From: Candidatus Kapaibacterium sp.
GTDB taxonomy: Bacteria > Bacteroidota > Ignavibacteria > Kapaibacteriales > Kapaibacteriaceae
DNA: 64,000 nucleotides
NCBI GenBank assembly: GCA_030833725.1
Contig: JAURGP010000003.1
Coordinates: 708-64,707 of the forward strand
Direction: 5' to 3'
Made by a program: the position numbers and the translations under genes. Shown here in pieces: positions 51,272 to 61,401 of this stretch. The notes below the pieces were generated by a model. The model worked only from the letters and a program-made list of their open reading frames with translations. It did not search any database and was not told the DNA's origin. Each line of letters begins with the position of its first letter. Position 1 is the stretch's first letter.

Positions 51272-52053
51272 GGCAGCAAAGATAGAACGTTGCCCCATGT
51301 ATCCCACGTGGATGTGTACGGAGCCGCATACTTTCGCAGCACCTGCACGGTAGCCGCGAAATCACGTGGATACGGAGCTTGGATGGTAAGGGGCTCATTG
51401 GTGACGGGATGGGTCACCACCAGTTGGAACGAATGCAATGTTAGGCGGTCAATCACCGGACGCTCCTCAGCGCCCTTGGCAAGATTGAACTTGCGCTTGA
51501 TGGTACTCAGCAGAAACGACTCTGCCGATCCGTAGTCAGGATCAACAAGTAACGGATGGCCAATGGCTGAACAGTGCACACGAATCTGGTGGGTTCGCCC
51601 GGTGATCAGCCGACACTCCAGCAGCGTTGCCATGCGAAATCGTTCAACCACGGTCATGTCTGTATGAGCTTCCTTTCCCTTGGCCGTGGGCTTCATCAAC
51701 CCTTTTCTGCGAGGATCGGCTGCAATCGGAATCGTCACGGAGAAGCTGTCGCGCTCCACGATACCCTTCACGATCGCATGGTAGCGCTTGTCGGCACGGT
51801 GGTGCTCGAACTGCTCGCTCAGATGCTGATGAGCCTCCGCCGTCTTGGCTAAGATCATCACACCCGAGGTATCGCGATCCAAGCGGTGCACGATAAAGAT
51901 CTCGCCGTAGCGCTCCTTCATCATGGTGCGTACGTTGGGCAAGGTCGCATTGAACCGGTCGGGAAGACTCAACAACCCAGACGGCTTGTTGATAGCCAAA
52001 AGGTGGTCGTCTTCAAACAGGATCGTTGGCTGCGTATTTAGTTGCGACTTCAT
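51268..52053 (-). CDS. RluA-family pseudouridine synthase
   Basis: HRLDRDTSGVMILAKT catalytic motif. The start at ATG 52051-52053 gives an ATGA overlap with the folD stop. Confidence 0.85.
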   Translation of the reverse strand: MKSQLNTQPTILFEDDHLLAINKPSGLLSLPDRFNATLPNVRTMMKERYGEIFIVHRLDRDTSGVMILAKTAEAHQHLSEQFEHHRADKRYHAIVKGIVERDSFSVTIPIAADPRRKGLMKPTAKGKEAHTDMTVVERFRMATLLECRLITGRTHQIRVHCSAIGHPLLVDPDYGSAESFLLSTIKRKFNLAKGAEERPVIDRLTLHSFQLVVTHPVTNEPLTIQAPYPRDFAATVQVLRKYAAPYTSTWDTWGNVLSLLP

Positions 52054-52925
52054 ACCTGTAGCCTTTCTGCCGACCACACGGTGTTCCGTAGCAACATCGC
52101 TCGGGTCATCGGACCGACTCCACCGGGGACCGGTGTGATGGCACGAACCAGCGGCTCAACGGCAGCAAAGTCCACATCACCAACAAGTCTCGACGTCCCA
52201 TCTTCCTGAAGGACACGATTGATGCCCACGTCGATCACCACGGAATCTCGTCGCACGTGCTGCTCGGTGATGATTCCCGCCCGACCGACAGCTGCAATGA
52301 GAATATCGGCTGAAGACGTGATCTCAGCCAGATTACGCGTGCCGGTGTGGCAAATCGTGACCGTGGCATTGCCTTGCGGCCGTTTCTGTGCAAGGAGCAT
52401 GGCAAGGGGCTTGCCAACGATATTGGAACGTCCCACAACGACGGCATGCGCTCCAGATGGATCAATGTTGGAACGCTTGAGCATCTCTAGCACGCCCAGC
52501 GGTGTGCAGGGGATGAAGCCCTCTACGCCAATCATCAGATTACCAACGTTGGCAGGATGAAAGCCATCTACATCTTTTCGCGGATCGATTGTTCGGATCA
52601 CGGCGATTTCGTCGATATGCGACGGAAGCGGCATTTGCACGAGAATACCATGCACTGCCGGGTCGGCATTCCATGCCTCAACAATCGCCGTAACATCGGC
52701 CAGGGAGGCCGTAGCCGGTAGACGGGTGATGGTGGAGGAGATGCCAACGGCAGCGCAGTCCTTAGCCTTGAACCGCACGTACACTTCCGAGGCAGGGTCG
52801 TCTCCCACAAGCAGCAGGTTCAACCCGGGAGCGGCAAAGTCCCCTTCCAGACGCTGGGTGATCTGTGTGGCAATCTCCTGGCGGATTACCGCTGCCATTG
52901 CATTGCCGTCGATCAACTGTGCCAT
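52050..52925 (-). CDS. folD: bifunctional methylenetetrahydrofolate dehydrogenase/cyclohydrolase
   Basis: Trimmed to MAQLIDGNAMAAVIRQEI (ATG 52923-52925). 291 aa. Motifs VGRSNIVGKP and PVPGGVGPMT. Confidence 0.94.
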   Translation of the reverse strand: MAQLIDGNAMAAVIRQEIATQITQRLEGDFAAPGLNLLLVGDDPASEVYVRFKAKDCAAVGISSTITRLPATASLADVTAIVEAWNADPAVHGILVQMPLPSHIDEIAVIRTIDPRKDVDGFHPANVGNLMIGVEGFIPCTPLGVLEMLKRSNIDPSGAHAVVVGRSNIVGKPLAMLLAQKRPQGNATVTICHTGTRNLAEITSSADILIAAVGRAGIITEQHVRRDSVVIDVGINRVLQEDGTSRLVGDVDFAAVEPLVRAITPVPGGVGPMTRAMLLRNTVWSAERLQV

Positions 52926-52945
52926 GTCTACGTTGTGAATCTGTG

Positions 52946-54361
52946 CTAGGAAGGGTAACCGCGTCTTCGCCGGACAAGGGAGAACTCCACCACCGGCGTT
53001 CCACCCATGGTACGCATGACCGCTACCTGCATGGTAACCAGAGTGGCCACGTCGAACCAAAAGCTCGGCGTGATGAGGAAGTTTCCCGTCACGGTGGTCA
53101 AAACTATGAGAAGCCAGCGAAATGGAATGAACGAAGCGAGCTGTTCTTCTGGACAGTCGGTTCCACGATACCGCTGCGTCCATCGGCGCTCAACCATCAG
53201 CGCGTTGATCAGAAAGCCCACGAGACCACCAATGATCAGCACAAAGCCCAGTAAACCGAACTCCACCAACACGGATCCAATGAGCGTGGAGAGAAACGGC
53301 TGGGAATATCGCCGGCCAGCAGCAGATTCGGCAAAGCTACCCGGACCAACGCCGGTGATGGGAGCATCTTCCCACGCCGTGAAGGCCGTCTGGTAGTCCT
53401 GTAGACGCTGCGAAAACGAGTCGCCGGCAATGGTGCCCAGCTCATCGTCTGCTGCTGCTCCAGAAACGTACGACGACAACCTCTGGCCAAACAACTCGAT
53501 GACACTGATGGTGGTCACGGCTTCAGCAGCACGATCAGCCACACCAACGAACATCATGCTGAAGAGCCCCACGATGGCAAGCCGTCGAGCTGATTCGCGC
53601 GGATAGAGCGCCACCATCCCGATCAACGCCGCCCCCAGAAGGAGCAGGCCCGTCATGGAAAATGCCAGAAAGATCGACAGAGAGGACAGAATGATCAGTG
53701 TCCAGAACCACCATCGCTGTCGAACGATCGAGGCTGTGCCGCGGAAGTACGGCACAATCAGCATCACCAGCGTGGCCGTGGCATATCCGGACAGCGACGA
53801 CGGCTCGCTGAAGATCGATGTGGCACGGTAGAAGTTCTGAAACTTCAGGGCGATCTGACCTACCTCCTCTACGTCGCCAAGTCCTCTCGTGAACGACACA
53901 TTGCTGATGTCGATCCAGGCAAGAGGCCAGTCGAACACGCGAGCCGGAAGCTGGTACAAGCCATAGATCATCACCACCGTTGCAACGGTAAAATGGACGC
54001 GCAATGCACGAATCCAGTCGTCGGCCGAGATAGGAAGGCAGAGAAAGACGAGTCCCACCATCCACAGGTAGATGAAGTGAGCGTAGGTCTTGAGTGTTTG
54101 CGTCACCACCGGCGCCGAACCACCAAGGGCAACAGCGGCTGCAGAGATGGTCACGGCTGCAAGGATAGCCACCAAGCCCACAATGCTGTAGCTGCGTGGC
54201 AACTGGATGGGTTGGCCCAACCATAGCCATCGATAGGCCGCAATGAAGAAGACACCCACGAGGGAGAACTCTAGGGGTGTAACGCCGAAGCCACCAATCG
54301 AAAACAACTGTGTGATTCCGAGAACGGAACTGACCACCAGCCATGAGAGGTAGTACGGCAT
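52946..54361 (-). CDS. O-antigen ligase/polymerase (Wzy-like) family membrane protein
   Basis: Trimmed to [10 protein letters not shown] (ATG 54359-54361). About 10-12 transmembrane helices with a large loop. Confidence 0.6.
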   Translation of the reverse strand: MPYYLSWLVVSSVLGITQLFSIGGFGVTPLEFSLVGVFFIAAYRWLWLGQPIQLPRSYSIVGLVAILAAVTISAAAVALGGSAPVVTQTLKTYAHFIYLWMVGLVFLCLPISADDWIRALRVHFTVATVVMIYGLYQLPARVFDWPLAWIDISNVSFTRGLGDVEEVGQIALKFQNFYRATSIFSEPSSLSGYATATLVMLIVPYFRGTASIVRQRWWFWTLIILSSLSIFLAFSMTGLLLLGAALIGMVALYPRESARRLAIVGLFSMMFVGVADRAAEAVTTISVIELFGQRLSSYVSGAAADDELGTIAGDSFSQRLQDYQTAFTAWEDAPITGVGPGSFAESAAGRRYSQPFLSTLIGSVLVEFGLLGFVLIIGGLVGFLINALMVERRWTQRYRGTDCPEEQLASFIPFRWLLIVLTTVTGNFLITPSFWFDVATLVTMQVAVMRTMGGTPVVEFSLVRRRRGYPS

Positions 54362-56385
54362 CACAGAATAGTCACATCGAGGTGATAAAGCTCTTCGATC
54401 GTGCTTACCGGCAACTGGCACACACCATTACGACACACCTGCACCTGCGGTAGATTGCCATCGGCACTATTCTGCCACACCAGCACAGCATTGGGTGCAA
54501 ACAGTCCTCCAAGATACCGGCCTGCCTCAATCAGGAAGGGATCGTTTGGAGCACCACAGAGCCGAATCTCTGTGGTGCCGCACATCAGTCGATCCCAGAC
54601 ACATAACAGCATGCAGAAGCCCGGAGCCATGCGCTCCATCATTGCCGCATAGGACGTCACGGCTGCATGGGCAGCATCGGTGTACCGCTGGTCATTGAGG
54701 GTCGCTCCCAGATCGGCCAGCAACCATGCAGCCATGCTATTGCCGCAGGGATAGGCGGAATCAAACCCCTCCTTGCGGCGTACGGGAACATCCGTGTTGC
54801 GAGCCGATGTCATCACGAGTGTCTCTCCAGCAAACTCGCGGAGGATCTCGTCGGCATGCCATGTAGCATCGTGCAGATAGCTCGCCTGTCCAGTGGTGTG
54901 GTACAACTCAACAGATGCCCAACCAATGGCTGCGTGGTCGTCCAGCATGGCTGGAACGGCGCGGTGACCGTTGCGGTAGCGATGAACCCACGATCGACCA
55001 CCCTCGCCACCACAACATCGCTGCACGTCGGCAAATGCCCGCTCGGCAAGGTCAACTAATCGCTGTGCGGAGAATGTCCTCCCAGCGCGTGCAAGTGCGC
55101 CGATCATCAGACCGTTCCAGTCGGTGAGCACCTTGTCGTCGGTGAGAGGCGGGATCCTTCTGCGACGGACGTCTTCTAACGTGTGGCGAATCCGCTGCCA
55201 CCGTTCGTCGAGGATCGTGCGCGCAAGTTCTCCAGCCTCGGTTTCCACCGTACATGGGATGTGCAGGATGTTGGCTGGAAGGGGGCTTCCGGTAGCCTCA
55301 TCGTGCATGTTGCCGTCCGGACATACGCCAAAGTGTTCCGCCATCCACTGCACGTCCTCCTCGGACAGCAGGGTGCGCAGTTCCTCGTACGACCACACGT
55401 AATACTTCCCTTCCACACCCTCAGAGTCGGCATCCTGAGCACACAGGAATGCACCGGTCGGACTTGTGAGGTTGCGTTCAACGTAGTCGGCGATGTCCAG
55501 TACCGTCGTGCGGTACAGCTCACGGCCCGTGAGTTGCCAAGCTTCTACGTAGGCCAACATCGTCATGGCCTGATCGTAGAGCATCTTCTCGAAGTGCGGC
55601 AACAACCACTGCTGATCCGTACTGTAGCGATGTATACCCCCACCAACATGATCGTAGATTCCACCAGCGCGCATGGCATCAAGGGTAGAGGTGGCCATGC
55701 GGAGCAACTCCGTGTCGTTGTTCCGCACACCGATGCGAAACAGCAGCAGCAGGTGATGCGGGGATGGAAACTTCGGCTTCGTCCGGAAACCACCATACGT
55801 GGCATCAAATGTCGCACGGTGGTGCTCGGCTACAGCCGCAAACACCGATTCGGGCATTGCTCCACGGTAGCTCTCCTCAGCCCCCTGCTGAAGTGTCTGA
55901 ATGATCTGCGCAGCCGAGGCGTCGATCTGCTGTCGATCGTGAACCCAGGCGTGGTGGACCCTTGTGAGCAGCTCACCAAAGCCAATGCGTCCAGATCGTG
56001 ACTCTGGGGGGAAGTACGTACCAGTAAAGAACGGCCGACGTTGAGCATCACTCATCACGGTAAGGGGCCAGCCACCGTGGCCGGTCATCGCCTGGCACAC
56101 GTCCATGTAGAAGGCGTCCACATCCGGACGCTCCTCTCGATCTACCTTGATGCAGACGTAGTGCTGATTCAGGAGCTCTGCAATTGCAGGATCATCGAAG
56201 CTCTCATGTGCCATCACGTGGCACCAGTGACACGTTGCATAGCCGATGCTGATCAGCACCGGGCAGCCACGACGCTCTGCCTCGGCAAAGGCGTCATCAC
56301 ACCACGGCCACCAGTCAACCGGCTGATTGGCATGTTGTTGCAGGTAGGGGCTCTGCTCGGCGGCTAACCGATTACTCCGACCCAC
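54361..56385 (-). CDS. thioredoxin-domain (DUF255/YyaL-like) protein
   Basis: [24 protein letters not shown]...[13 protein letters not shown] probable GTG start at 56383-56385 overlaps the upstream gene by 14 nt. Start uncertain. Confidence 0.8.
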   Translation of the reverse strand: MGRSNRLAAEQSPYLQQHANQPVDWWPWCDDAFAEAERRGCPVLISIGYATCHWCHVMAHESFDDPAIAELLNQHYVCIKVDREERPDVDAFYMDVCQAMTGHGGWPLTVMSDAQRRPFFTGTYFPPESRSGRIGFGELLTRVHHAWVHDRQQIDASAAQIIQTLQQGAEESYRGAMPESVFAAVAEHHRATFDATYGGFRTKPKFPSPHHLLLLFRIGVRNNDTELLRMATSTLDAMRAGGIYDHVGGGIHRYSTDQQWLLPHFEKMLYDQAMTMLAYVEAWQLTGRELYRTTVLDIADYVERNLTSPTGAFLCAQDADSEGVEGKYYVWSYEELRTLLSEEDVQWMAEHFGVCPDGNMHDEATGSPLPANILHIPCTVETEAGELARTILDERWQRIRHTLEDVRRRRIPPLTDDKVLTDWNGLMIGALARAGRTFSAQRLVDLAERAFADVQRCCGGEGGRSWVHRYRNGHRAVPAMLDDHAAIGWASVELYHTTGQASYLHDATWHADEILREFAGETLVMTSARNTDVPVRRKEGFDSAYPCGNSMAAWLLADLGATLNDQRYTDAAHAAVTSYAAMMERMAPGFCMLLCVWDRLMCGTTEIRLCGAPNDPFLIEAGRYLGGLFAPNAVLVWQNSADGNLPQVQVCRNGVCQLPVSTIEELYHLDVTIL

Positions 56386-57388
56386 CGTACACCTTACCAA
56401 TGGTTGGGATGAGGTACTCAGCAAAGGCCCGCTCGAACGAATAGGCCGGGCTCCATCCCCAGTCCGTGCGAGCGGCCGAATCATCCACGTTGGCACACCA
56501 CGTGTCTACAATGCCCTGACGCTTGGGATGTGGGGCATAGGTGATCTCCGCTGTCGGGAATGACTGACGCACGCGCACGGCAATCTCTTCGGCTGTGGGT
56601 GCAAACGCTCCTACGTTGTACACGCGCCGTGTAAGGGCCTCGGCGGGAGCGGCCGCCAACTGGAGCAGGGCCTGCACGCCATCGGGCATCGTCATAAACG
56701 GGATCTGCGTATCGGGCCGTACGAAACAGGCATAGGGTACGCCTTTCGCCGCTGCATGGATCATTTCCGGGGCATAGTCGCTTGTACCTCCACTTGGCAC
56801 TGTCGTGGCCGAAATCAATCCAGGGAAGCGCACAGCACGGAAGTCGATCGTCTTTCTACCGGCATCCTCCGTAAGCTGACCGAAGTGGTCGCTCATGTAG
56901 CCTCCTAACTGTTCACAGTACACCTTGTTCACACCATACATCGTGGTGGGTGTCAGGAACTGATCCTCATGGACGGTACCGGCCGACTGTTTCTGAGCTA
57001 GCGTCGGAATGCCGTACACGGCAATCGTGCTGGGGAAGAGGAACTTCACCACGGTGTCGCGTCGCAGCGCAATCCTCCGTGCTGCCATGAGCAACTGCAT
57101 CGTACCGTTGACGTTCACCTTGTGGGCTAGCTCTGGATTCTTTTCCGCACTCGTCGACAGCAGTGCGGCGAGGTGGTACACCTCGTCGATGTCGTACTGT
57201 TCGAGGGCACGAACGAACGTCTCATCGGAGATATCGCCCTGCAACACCACATCGGCCATTGCAGCAACGTGCCCATCCAGTGGGCGCACGTCCATCGCTA
57301 CAACGGTGTATCCTCCACGATGCCGGAAGGCCTCCAACAAGCTGTGGCCGATCTCCCCACCTGCGCCAGTTACCAGTACGGTCGTCAT
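56372..57388 (-). CDS. NAD-dependent epimerase/dehydratase (extended SDR; L-threonine 3-dehydrogenase-like)
   Basis: 338 aa. Rossmann motif [11 protein letters not shown] and the catalytic YxxxK region (YGVNKVYCE). Confidence 0.8.
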   Translation of the reverse strand: MTTVLVTGAGGEIGHSLLEAFRHRGGYTVVAMDVRPLDGHVAAMADVVLQGDISDETFVRALEQYDIDEVYHLAALLSTSAEKNPELAHKVNVNGTMQLLMAARRIALRRDTVVKFLFPSTIAVYGIPTLAQKQSAGTVHEDQFLTPTTMYGVNKVYCEQLGGYMSDHFGQLTEDAGRKTIDFRAVRFPGLISATTVPSGGTSDYAPEMIHAAAKGVPYACFVRPDTQIPFMTMPDGVQALLQLAAAPAEALTRRVYNVGAFAPTAEEIAVRVRQSFPTAEITYAPHPKRQGIVDTWCANVDDSAARTDWGWSPAYSFERAFAEYLIPTIGKVYGGSE

Positions 57389-57421
57389 GTAGATCCTTTG
57401 ATGTGATATCTCTCAGTTGGT

Positions 57422-58180
57422 TCAGCTGTTGCTAAGCTGGAGTACGATCTGTTGGGCTTCCTCAGCGGCGGCTTCCGCAAAACGCTCTGATTGGTCGGCG
57501 TAGAGGATACTGCGACTAGCATTCACCAGTGCCGACCCTCCGGCATTGGCCTGGGAAATCTGACGTGGATCACCGCCCTGCGCTCCAACACCTGGTATGA
57601 GCAGATGAGCGTCAGGGAACAGCCTGCGAATGTCTGCAAGCTCGTCGGGATGCGTTGCTCCCACCACAAATCCCCGTTCTGCCGGTCCCTGCCACGAAAG
57701 AGCCGTCTGCATCACCTGCAGATAGAGTGGTTGTCCCTGCACCTGCAGGCGCTGGAAATCGGCAGAACCACGGTTACTCGTGAGTGCAAGCACGTAGACG
57801 CGCTTCCCTTCGTAGGCCAGGAAGGGTTCGACGGAATCGCTTCCCATGTAGGGGGCTACCGTCGTGGCATCGGCACGCAGGTCTTCGAAGACCGACCGTG
57901 CATAGGCCGCCGACGTGTTTCCGATGTCACCACGTTTGGCATCGATGATGCAGTACGCATCACCCACAGCCTCTCGAACAAGGTACAGGGCGTCCATGCC
58001 TAGATGGCCATACTGCTCGAAGAACGCCGTGTTGATTTTATACGCCGCAGCAACGCCACGCGTGGCTTCCACGATGGCTGTTAAAAATGGAGCTACCGAC
58101 GACGGGTCAGCCGAAAAATGCGCCGGAAGTCGCAGAATATCCGGATCGAGACCAACACAGAGCCCAGGGTAGACAATCAT
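57422..58180 (-). CDS. pyrF: orotidine 5'-phosphate decarboxylase
   Basis: 252 aa. CVGLDP and IIDAKRGDIGNT motifs. Confidence 0.88.
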   Translation of the reverse strand: MIVYPGLCVGLDPDILRLPAHFSADPSSVAPFLTAIVEATRGVAAAYKINTAFFEQYGHLGMDALYLVREAVGDAYCIIDAKRGDIGNTSAAYARSVFEDLRADATTVAPYMGSDSVEPFLAYEGKRVYVLALTSNRGSADFQRLQVQGQPLYLQVMQTALSWQGPAERGFVVGATHPDELADIRRLFPDAHLLIPGVGAQGGDPRQISQANAGGSALVNASRSILYADQSERFAEAAAEEAQQIVLQLSNS

Positions 58181-58185
58181 GGATG

Positions 58186-58193
58186 CAAAGATA
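58186..58193 (-). promoter_or_regulatory. TATCTTTG box 5 nt upstream of the pyrF ATG
   Basis: The minus strand reads TATCTTTG-CATCC-ATG. If this is a -7 box, the pyrF mRNA would be leaderless or nearly so. Confidence 0.3.
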
Positions 58194-58203
58194 GTCCGCG
58201 CGT

Positions 58204-58232
58204 CGTTCGCATGACGTTCGCGTCGCGTTCGC
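58204..58232. repeat. three CGTTCGC heptamers in an 11-bp phase
   Basis: CGTTCGC at 58204-58210, 58215-58221 and 58226-58232. Confidence 0.9.
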
Positions 58233-58351
58233 GGGACCGACTACAATACGCGAAGGGTGGTGTTCGTCATCCACCCTGTCCCCGTATACACGTGATGTGT
58301 GGTTGGTTCCCCGACTCCAAGCCGTTACGGCTTACCACACGTCCCACCAGA

Positions 58352-58409
58352 GATGCCCGGCTGCGCAAACGTCCCTCCCACCCCTGCGCGTCGGGCATCT
58401 CGTTTTTTT
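58352..58409 (+). terminator. strong intrinsic terminator with no upstream CDS on its strand
   Basis: Stem 58352-58367/58385-58399, 15 bp, with one bulge and a G-U pair valid only on the plus strand. 17-nt loop, then TCG followed by T7 (58403-58409). Confidence 0.7.
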
Positions 58410-58472
58410 CGCCGAAAGCCCCGTACTTTCGAGGGCTTGTTGTGACTCTTCGTTCACTACTCCCCGTCCTCT

Positions 58473-60944
58473 ATGAATCGTGTGCTATCCCTCTCCTTGA
58501 TGTTCTGCGTCCTTGTGGCAAGTAGCGCTTGCAGCAGTGCACCGTCTAAGTCTGACAAGCCTGTCGCTGAATCGGCCGGTTCAACAACCAAGAATGCCAT
58601 TAAACCGTACGACAAGGTCATCACCAAGGGAGCAGTCTCTGACACGGGCCTGGTGATTGTACATCAGATTGATGACTCGTTCTTCTTCGAGATGCATCCT
58701 GACCTCTTTGGACGGGAACTCCTGTTAGTCACGCGCCAGGCCAAGACGCCGGCGGTAGGTTACGGCGGTGAAGAAGTCAATACCACGGTGGTGCGGTGGG
58801 AGCGTCGCTACGACAAGATCCTACTCCGCGCTGTGAGCTACGTGAATGTGGCCGACGACTCTCTGCCGATTTCCCGTGCCGTGAAGTCCTCGAACTTCGA
58901 AGAAATCATCGAGGCCTTCCCCATCAAGGCTTACAACAAGGACTCGAGTCGGGTGGTGATTGACGTCACCCCCATGTTCACTTCCGACGTCGGGCTACTC
59001 ACTCCCGGCGAAGGCGTTCGGAAAGAGTACAAAATCAGCCGCCTGGACAAGGATCGGTCGTACATCGACTTCATCCATGTCTTTCCAGAAAACGTCGAAG
59101 TTGAGAACGTCATCACCTTTGCAGCCAGTCAGCCGGCCCAGACTTCATCGTCGAACACGATGACGTTTACCATGCACCATTCGATGGTGCTCTTGCCGGA
59201 ACAGAAGATGATGCCACGACTAGCAGATCCACGCGTTGGCTGGTTTTCGCTCCGCCAGACGGACTACGGACGAGATGAAAACGAAGCGGTGCGTCGAGAG
59301 TACCTACTTCGCTGGCGCCTCGAGCCGAAGGACACCGTGGCCTTTCTCGCCGGCGAGCTTGTAGAGCCCATCAAGCCCATCACCTACTACATCGATCCGG
59401 CAACGCCTCAGAAGTGGCGGCCTTGGCTGAAAAAGGGCATCGAAGCATGGAATCCAGCATTTGAACAGGCTGGCTTCAAGAATGCCGTGCGCTGCCTCGA
59501 GCCCCCTACTCCCGAAGAAGACCCCAAGTGGTCGCCAGAAGACGCCCGGTACAGCGTGATCCGGTACTATGCGTCACCGATCGAGAATGCCTACGGACCG
59601 AACACGCACGATCCCCGTACTGGCGAGATTCTTGAGTCGGACATCGGTTGGTACCACAATATCATGAAGCTGCAAACCGGATGGTACTTTGCTCAGGCAG
59701 TGGCCGATCCGATGTCGCGGAAACTGCCGTACAACGACTCACTCATGGGAGAGATGATTGCCTTCGTGGCGGCACACGAGTTCGGCCACACCATCGGCCT
59801 GCCGCATAACATGAAGGCTTCGAGTGCCTATCCAGTGGATTCGCTGCGGAGTCGCACGTTTACCGAGGCTTACGGCACAGCGCCAACCATCATGGACTAT
59901 GCACGCTTCAACTACATCGCCCAGCCAGGTGATGATGCAGCCATGTTCCCGAAGGTTGGTCCATACGACTTCCACGCGGTGCGCTTTGGCTACCGCCCCA
60001 TTCTAAATGCTTCCACTCCTGACGAAGAGCGCGACACCCTCCATGCTTGGGCTACGGTAGCAGAATCCAATCCAATGCTCCGTTTTGGTGCACAACAATG
60101 GCAAATCGTAGACCCCACGGCGCAGACCGAGGATCTTGGCGACGATCCGGTTGCAGCATCCACCTACGGTGTGAAGAATCTGCAGTTTGCTATGACGTAC
60201 CTCTACGACGCCACCTTTGCAGAAGGGACGTCCTTCAAACTTCTTGGTGAGAGCTACGAAGACATCTTCAACCAGTGGCGGCGCGAAATGGGACACGTCG
60301 CCAACGTCGTAGGTGGTGTCGAGATCACGCGGAAGGTCTTCGGCTCGGAGGCCGGCCCGGTGTATACGCCGGTAGCTGAGCAGCGCCAACGCGCGGCCGT
60401 GCGCTTCCTAGGGTCCTACGTGTTTACAGCTCCGATGTGGCTGCTGGACTATCGCATCATCGATCTGCTCACAGGAACAGACTACGTTGAACAGTTGCAG
60501 GGGGCTCAAGCATCGGTGTTACGCACCGTGATGAGCAGCGACAAGCTCCTCCGCATGCTGGAGCACGAGGCTCGCGGTGATACTGATACCTACACGGTGA
60601 ATGAGCTGTGTGCAGACCTTGAACAACTCCTCTTCACCGAACTCTCCAGCGGTACTCGTCCGGATGCGTTTCGGCGGAACCTGCAGCGGGCCTACGTGCA
60701 GAACCTGATCGCCAAGTCGACGAAGCGTGCGGGACCAGCACCATCGGGCATGGCACGATTCATGGCGGAGGCCGATACGTACAACTCCGATGTTCGCGCG
60801 ATCTGTCGTGGACGTCTCCAAGAACTGGCCACAAAATTGGAGCGTGTTCGTGGGGATGCCGAAACCAAGGCTCATTGGGCAGATCTGCGTTTGGAGATTC
60901 TGCGTGCCCTAAGTGTTCAGAGTGTTCAGCCATCAACAAACTGA
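58473..60944 (+). CDS. zinc-dependent metalloprotease (DUF5117/DUF5118-type), probable lipoprotein
   Basis: 823 aa. Signal ends ...VLVASSAC. Has the HEFGHTIGLPHN zinc motif. Confidence 0.85.
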   Translation: MNRVLSLSLMFCVLVASSACSSAPSKSDKPVAESAGSTTKNAIKPYDKVITKGAVSDTGLVIVHQIDDSFFFEMHPDLFGRELLLVTRQAKTPAVGYGGEEVNTTVVRWERRYDKILLRAVSYVNVADDSLPISRAVKSSNFEEIIEAFPIKAYNKDSSRVVIDVTPMFTSDVGLLTPGEGVRKEYKISRLDKDRSYIDFIHVFPENVEVENVITFAASQPAQTSSSNTMTFTMHHSMVLLPEQKMMPRLADPRVGWFSLRQTDYGRDENEAVRREYLLRWRLEPKDTVAFLAGELVEPIKPITYYIDPATPQKWRPWLKKGIEAWNPAFEQAGFKNAVRCLEPPTPEEDPKWSPEDARYSVIRYYASPIENAYGPNTHDPRTGEILESDIGWYHNIMKLQTGWYFAQAVADPMSRKLPYNDSLMGEMIAFVAAHEFGHTIGLPHNMKASSAYPVDSLRSRTFTEAYGTAPTIMDYARFNYIAQPGDDAAMFPKVGPYDFHAVRFGYRPILNASTPDEERDTLHAWATVAESNPMLRFGAQQWQIVDPTAQTEDLGDDPVAASTYGVKNLQFAMTYLYDATFAEGTSFKLLGESYEDIFNQWRREMGHVANVVGGVEITRKVFGSEAGPVYTPVAEQRQRAAVRFLGSYVFTAPMWLLDYRIIDLLTGTDYVEQLQGAQASVLRTVMSSDKLLRMLEHEARGDTDTYTVNELCADLEQLLFTELSSGTRPDAFRRNLQRAYVQNLIAKSTKRAGPAPSGMARFMAEADTYNSDVRAICRGRLQELATKLERVRGDAETKAHWADLRLEILRALSVQSVQPSTN

Positions 60945-60945
60945 T

Positions 60946-61401
60946 ATGACGCAGATTCGACTCACGACTCCCACTCCCTTCGGCATTGCGACGCTGGTCG
61001 TTCGCGTGCTTGTGGGCGGCTACGTGATGTTTGCTGCTGTCCCGAAGATTGCCGACCCCCTTGCCTTTGCCACCAGTATTGGTCACTACGAGCTGCTGCC
61101 TTCGGCAGCCGTCAACGCTTTTGCGCTGGTGATACCCTGGCTGGAGGTACTCGTAGGTACGGCCCTTGTCCTCGGCTTGCGCCTGAGAACGTCTGCCATC
61201 CTCACGGGAGTCTTGATTCTGGTCTTTACTGCAGCTGTGGCGTGGGCCGTGCTGCACAATCTTCAGATCGACTGCGGCTGCTTCGGCTCGCAAGGTGGTG
61301 AGGACGTGAGTTGGAGCAAGGTGTTGAAGAACCTTGCCATGGTGGCGGGCTGTGGTCTGATTGTGTGGAAACCTGAGTCATGGTTACGACTGGATCACTA
61401 A
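60946..61401 (+). CDS. MauE/DoxX-family membrane protein
   Basis: Trimmed to MTQIRLTTP (ATG 60946). Four transmembrane helices and the CGCFG motif. Confidence 0.7.
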   Translation: MTQIRLTTPTPFGIATLVVRVLVGGYVMFAAVPKIADPLAFATSIGHYELLPSAAVNAFALVIPWLEVLVGTALVLGLRLRTSAILTGVLILVFTAAVAWAVLHNLQIDCGCFGSQGGEDVSWSKVLKNLAMVAGCGLIVWKPESWLRLDH

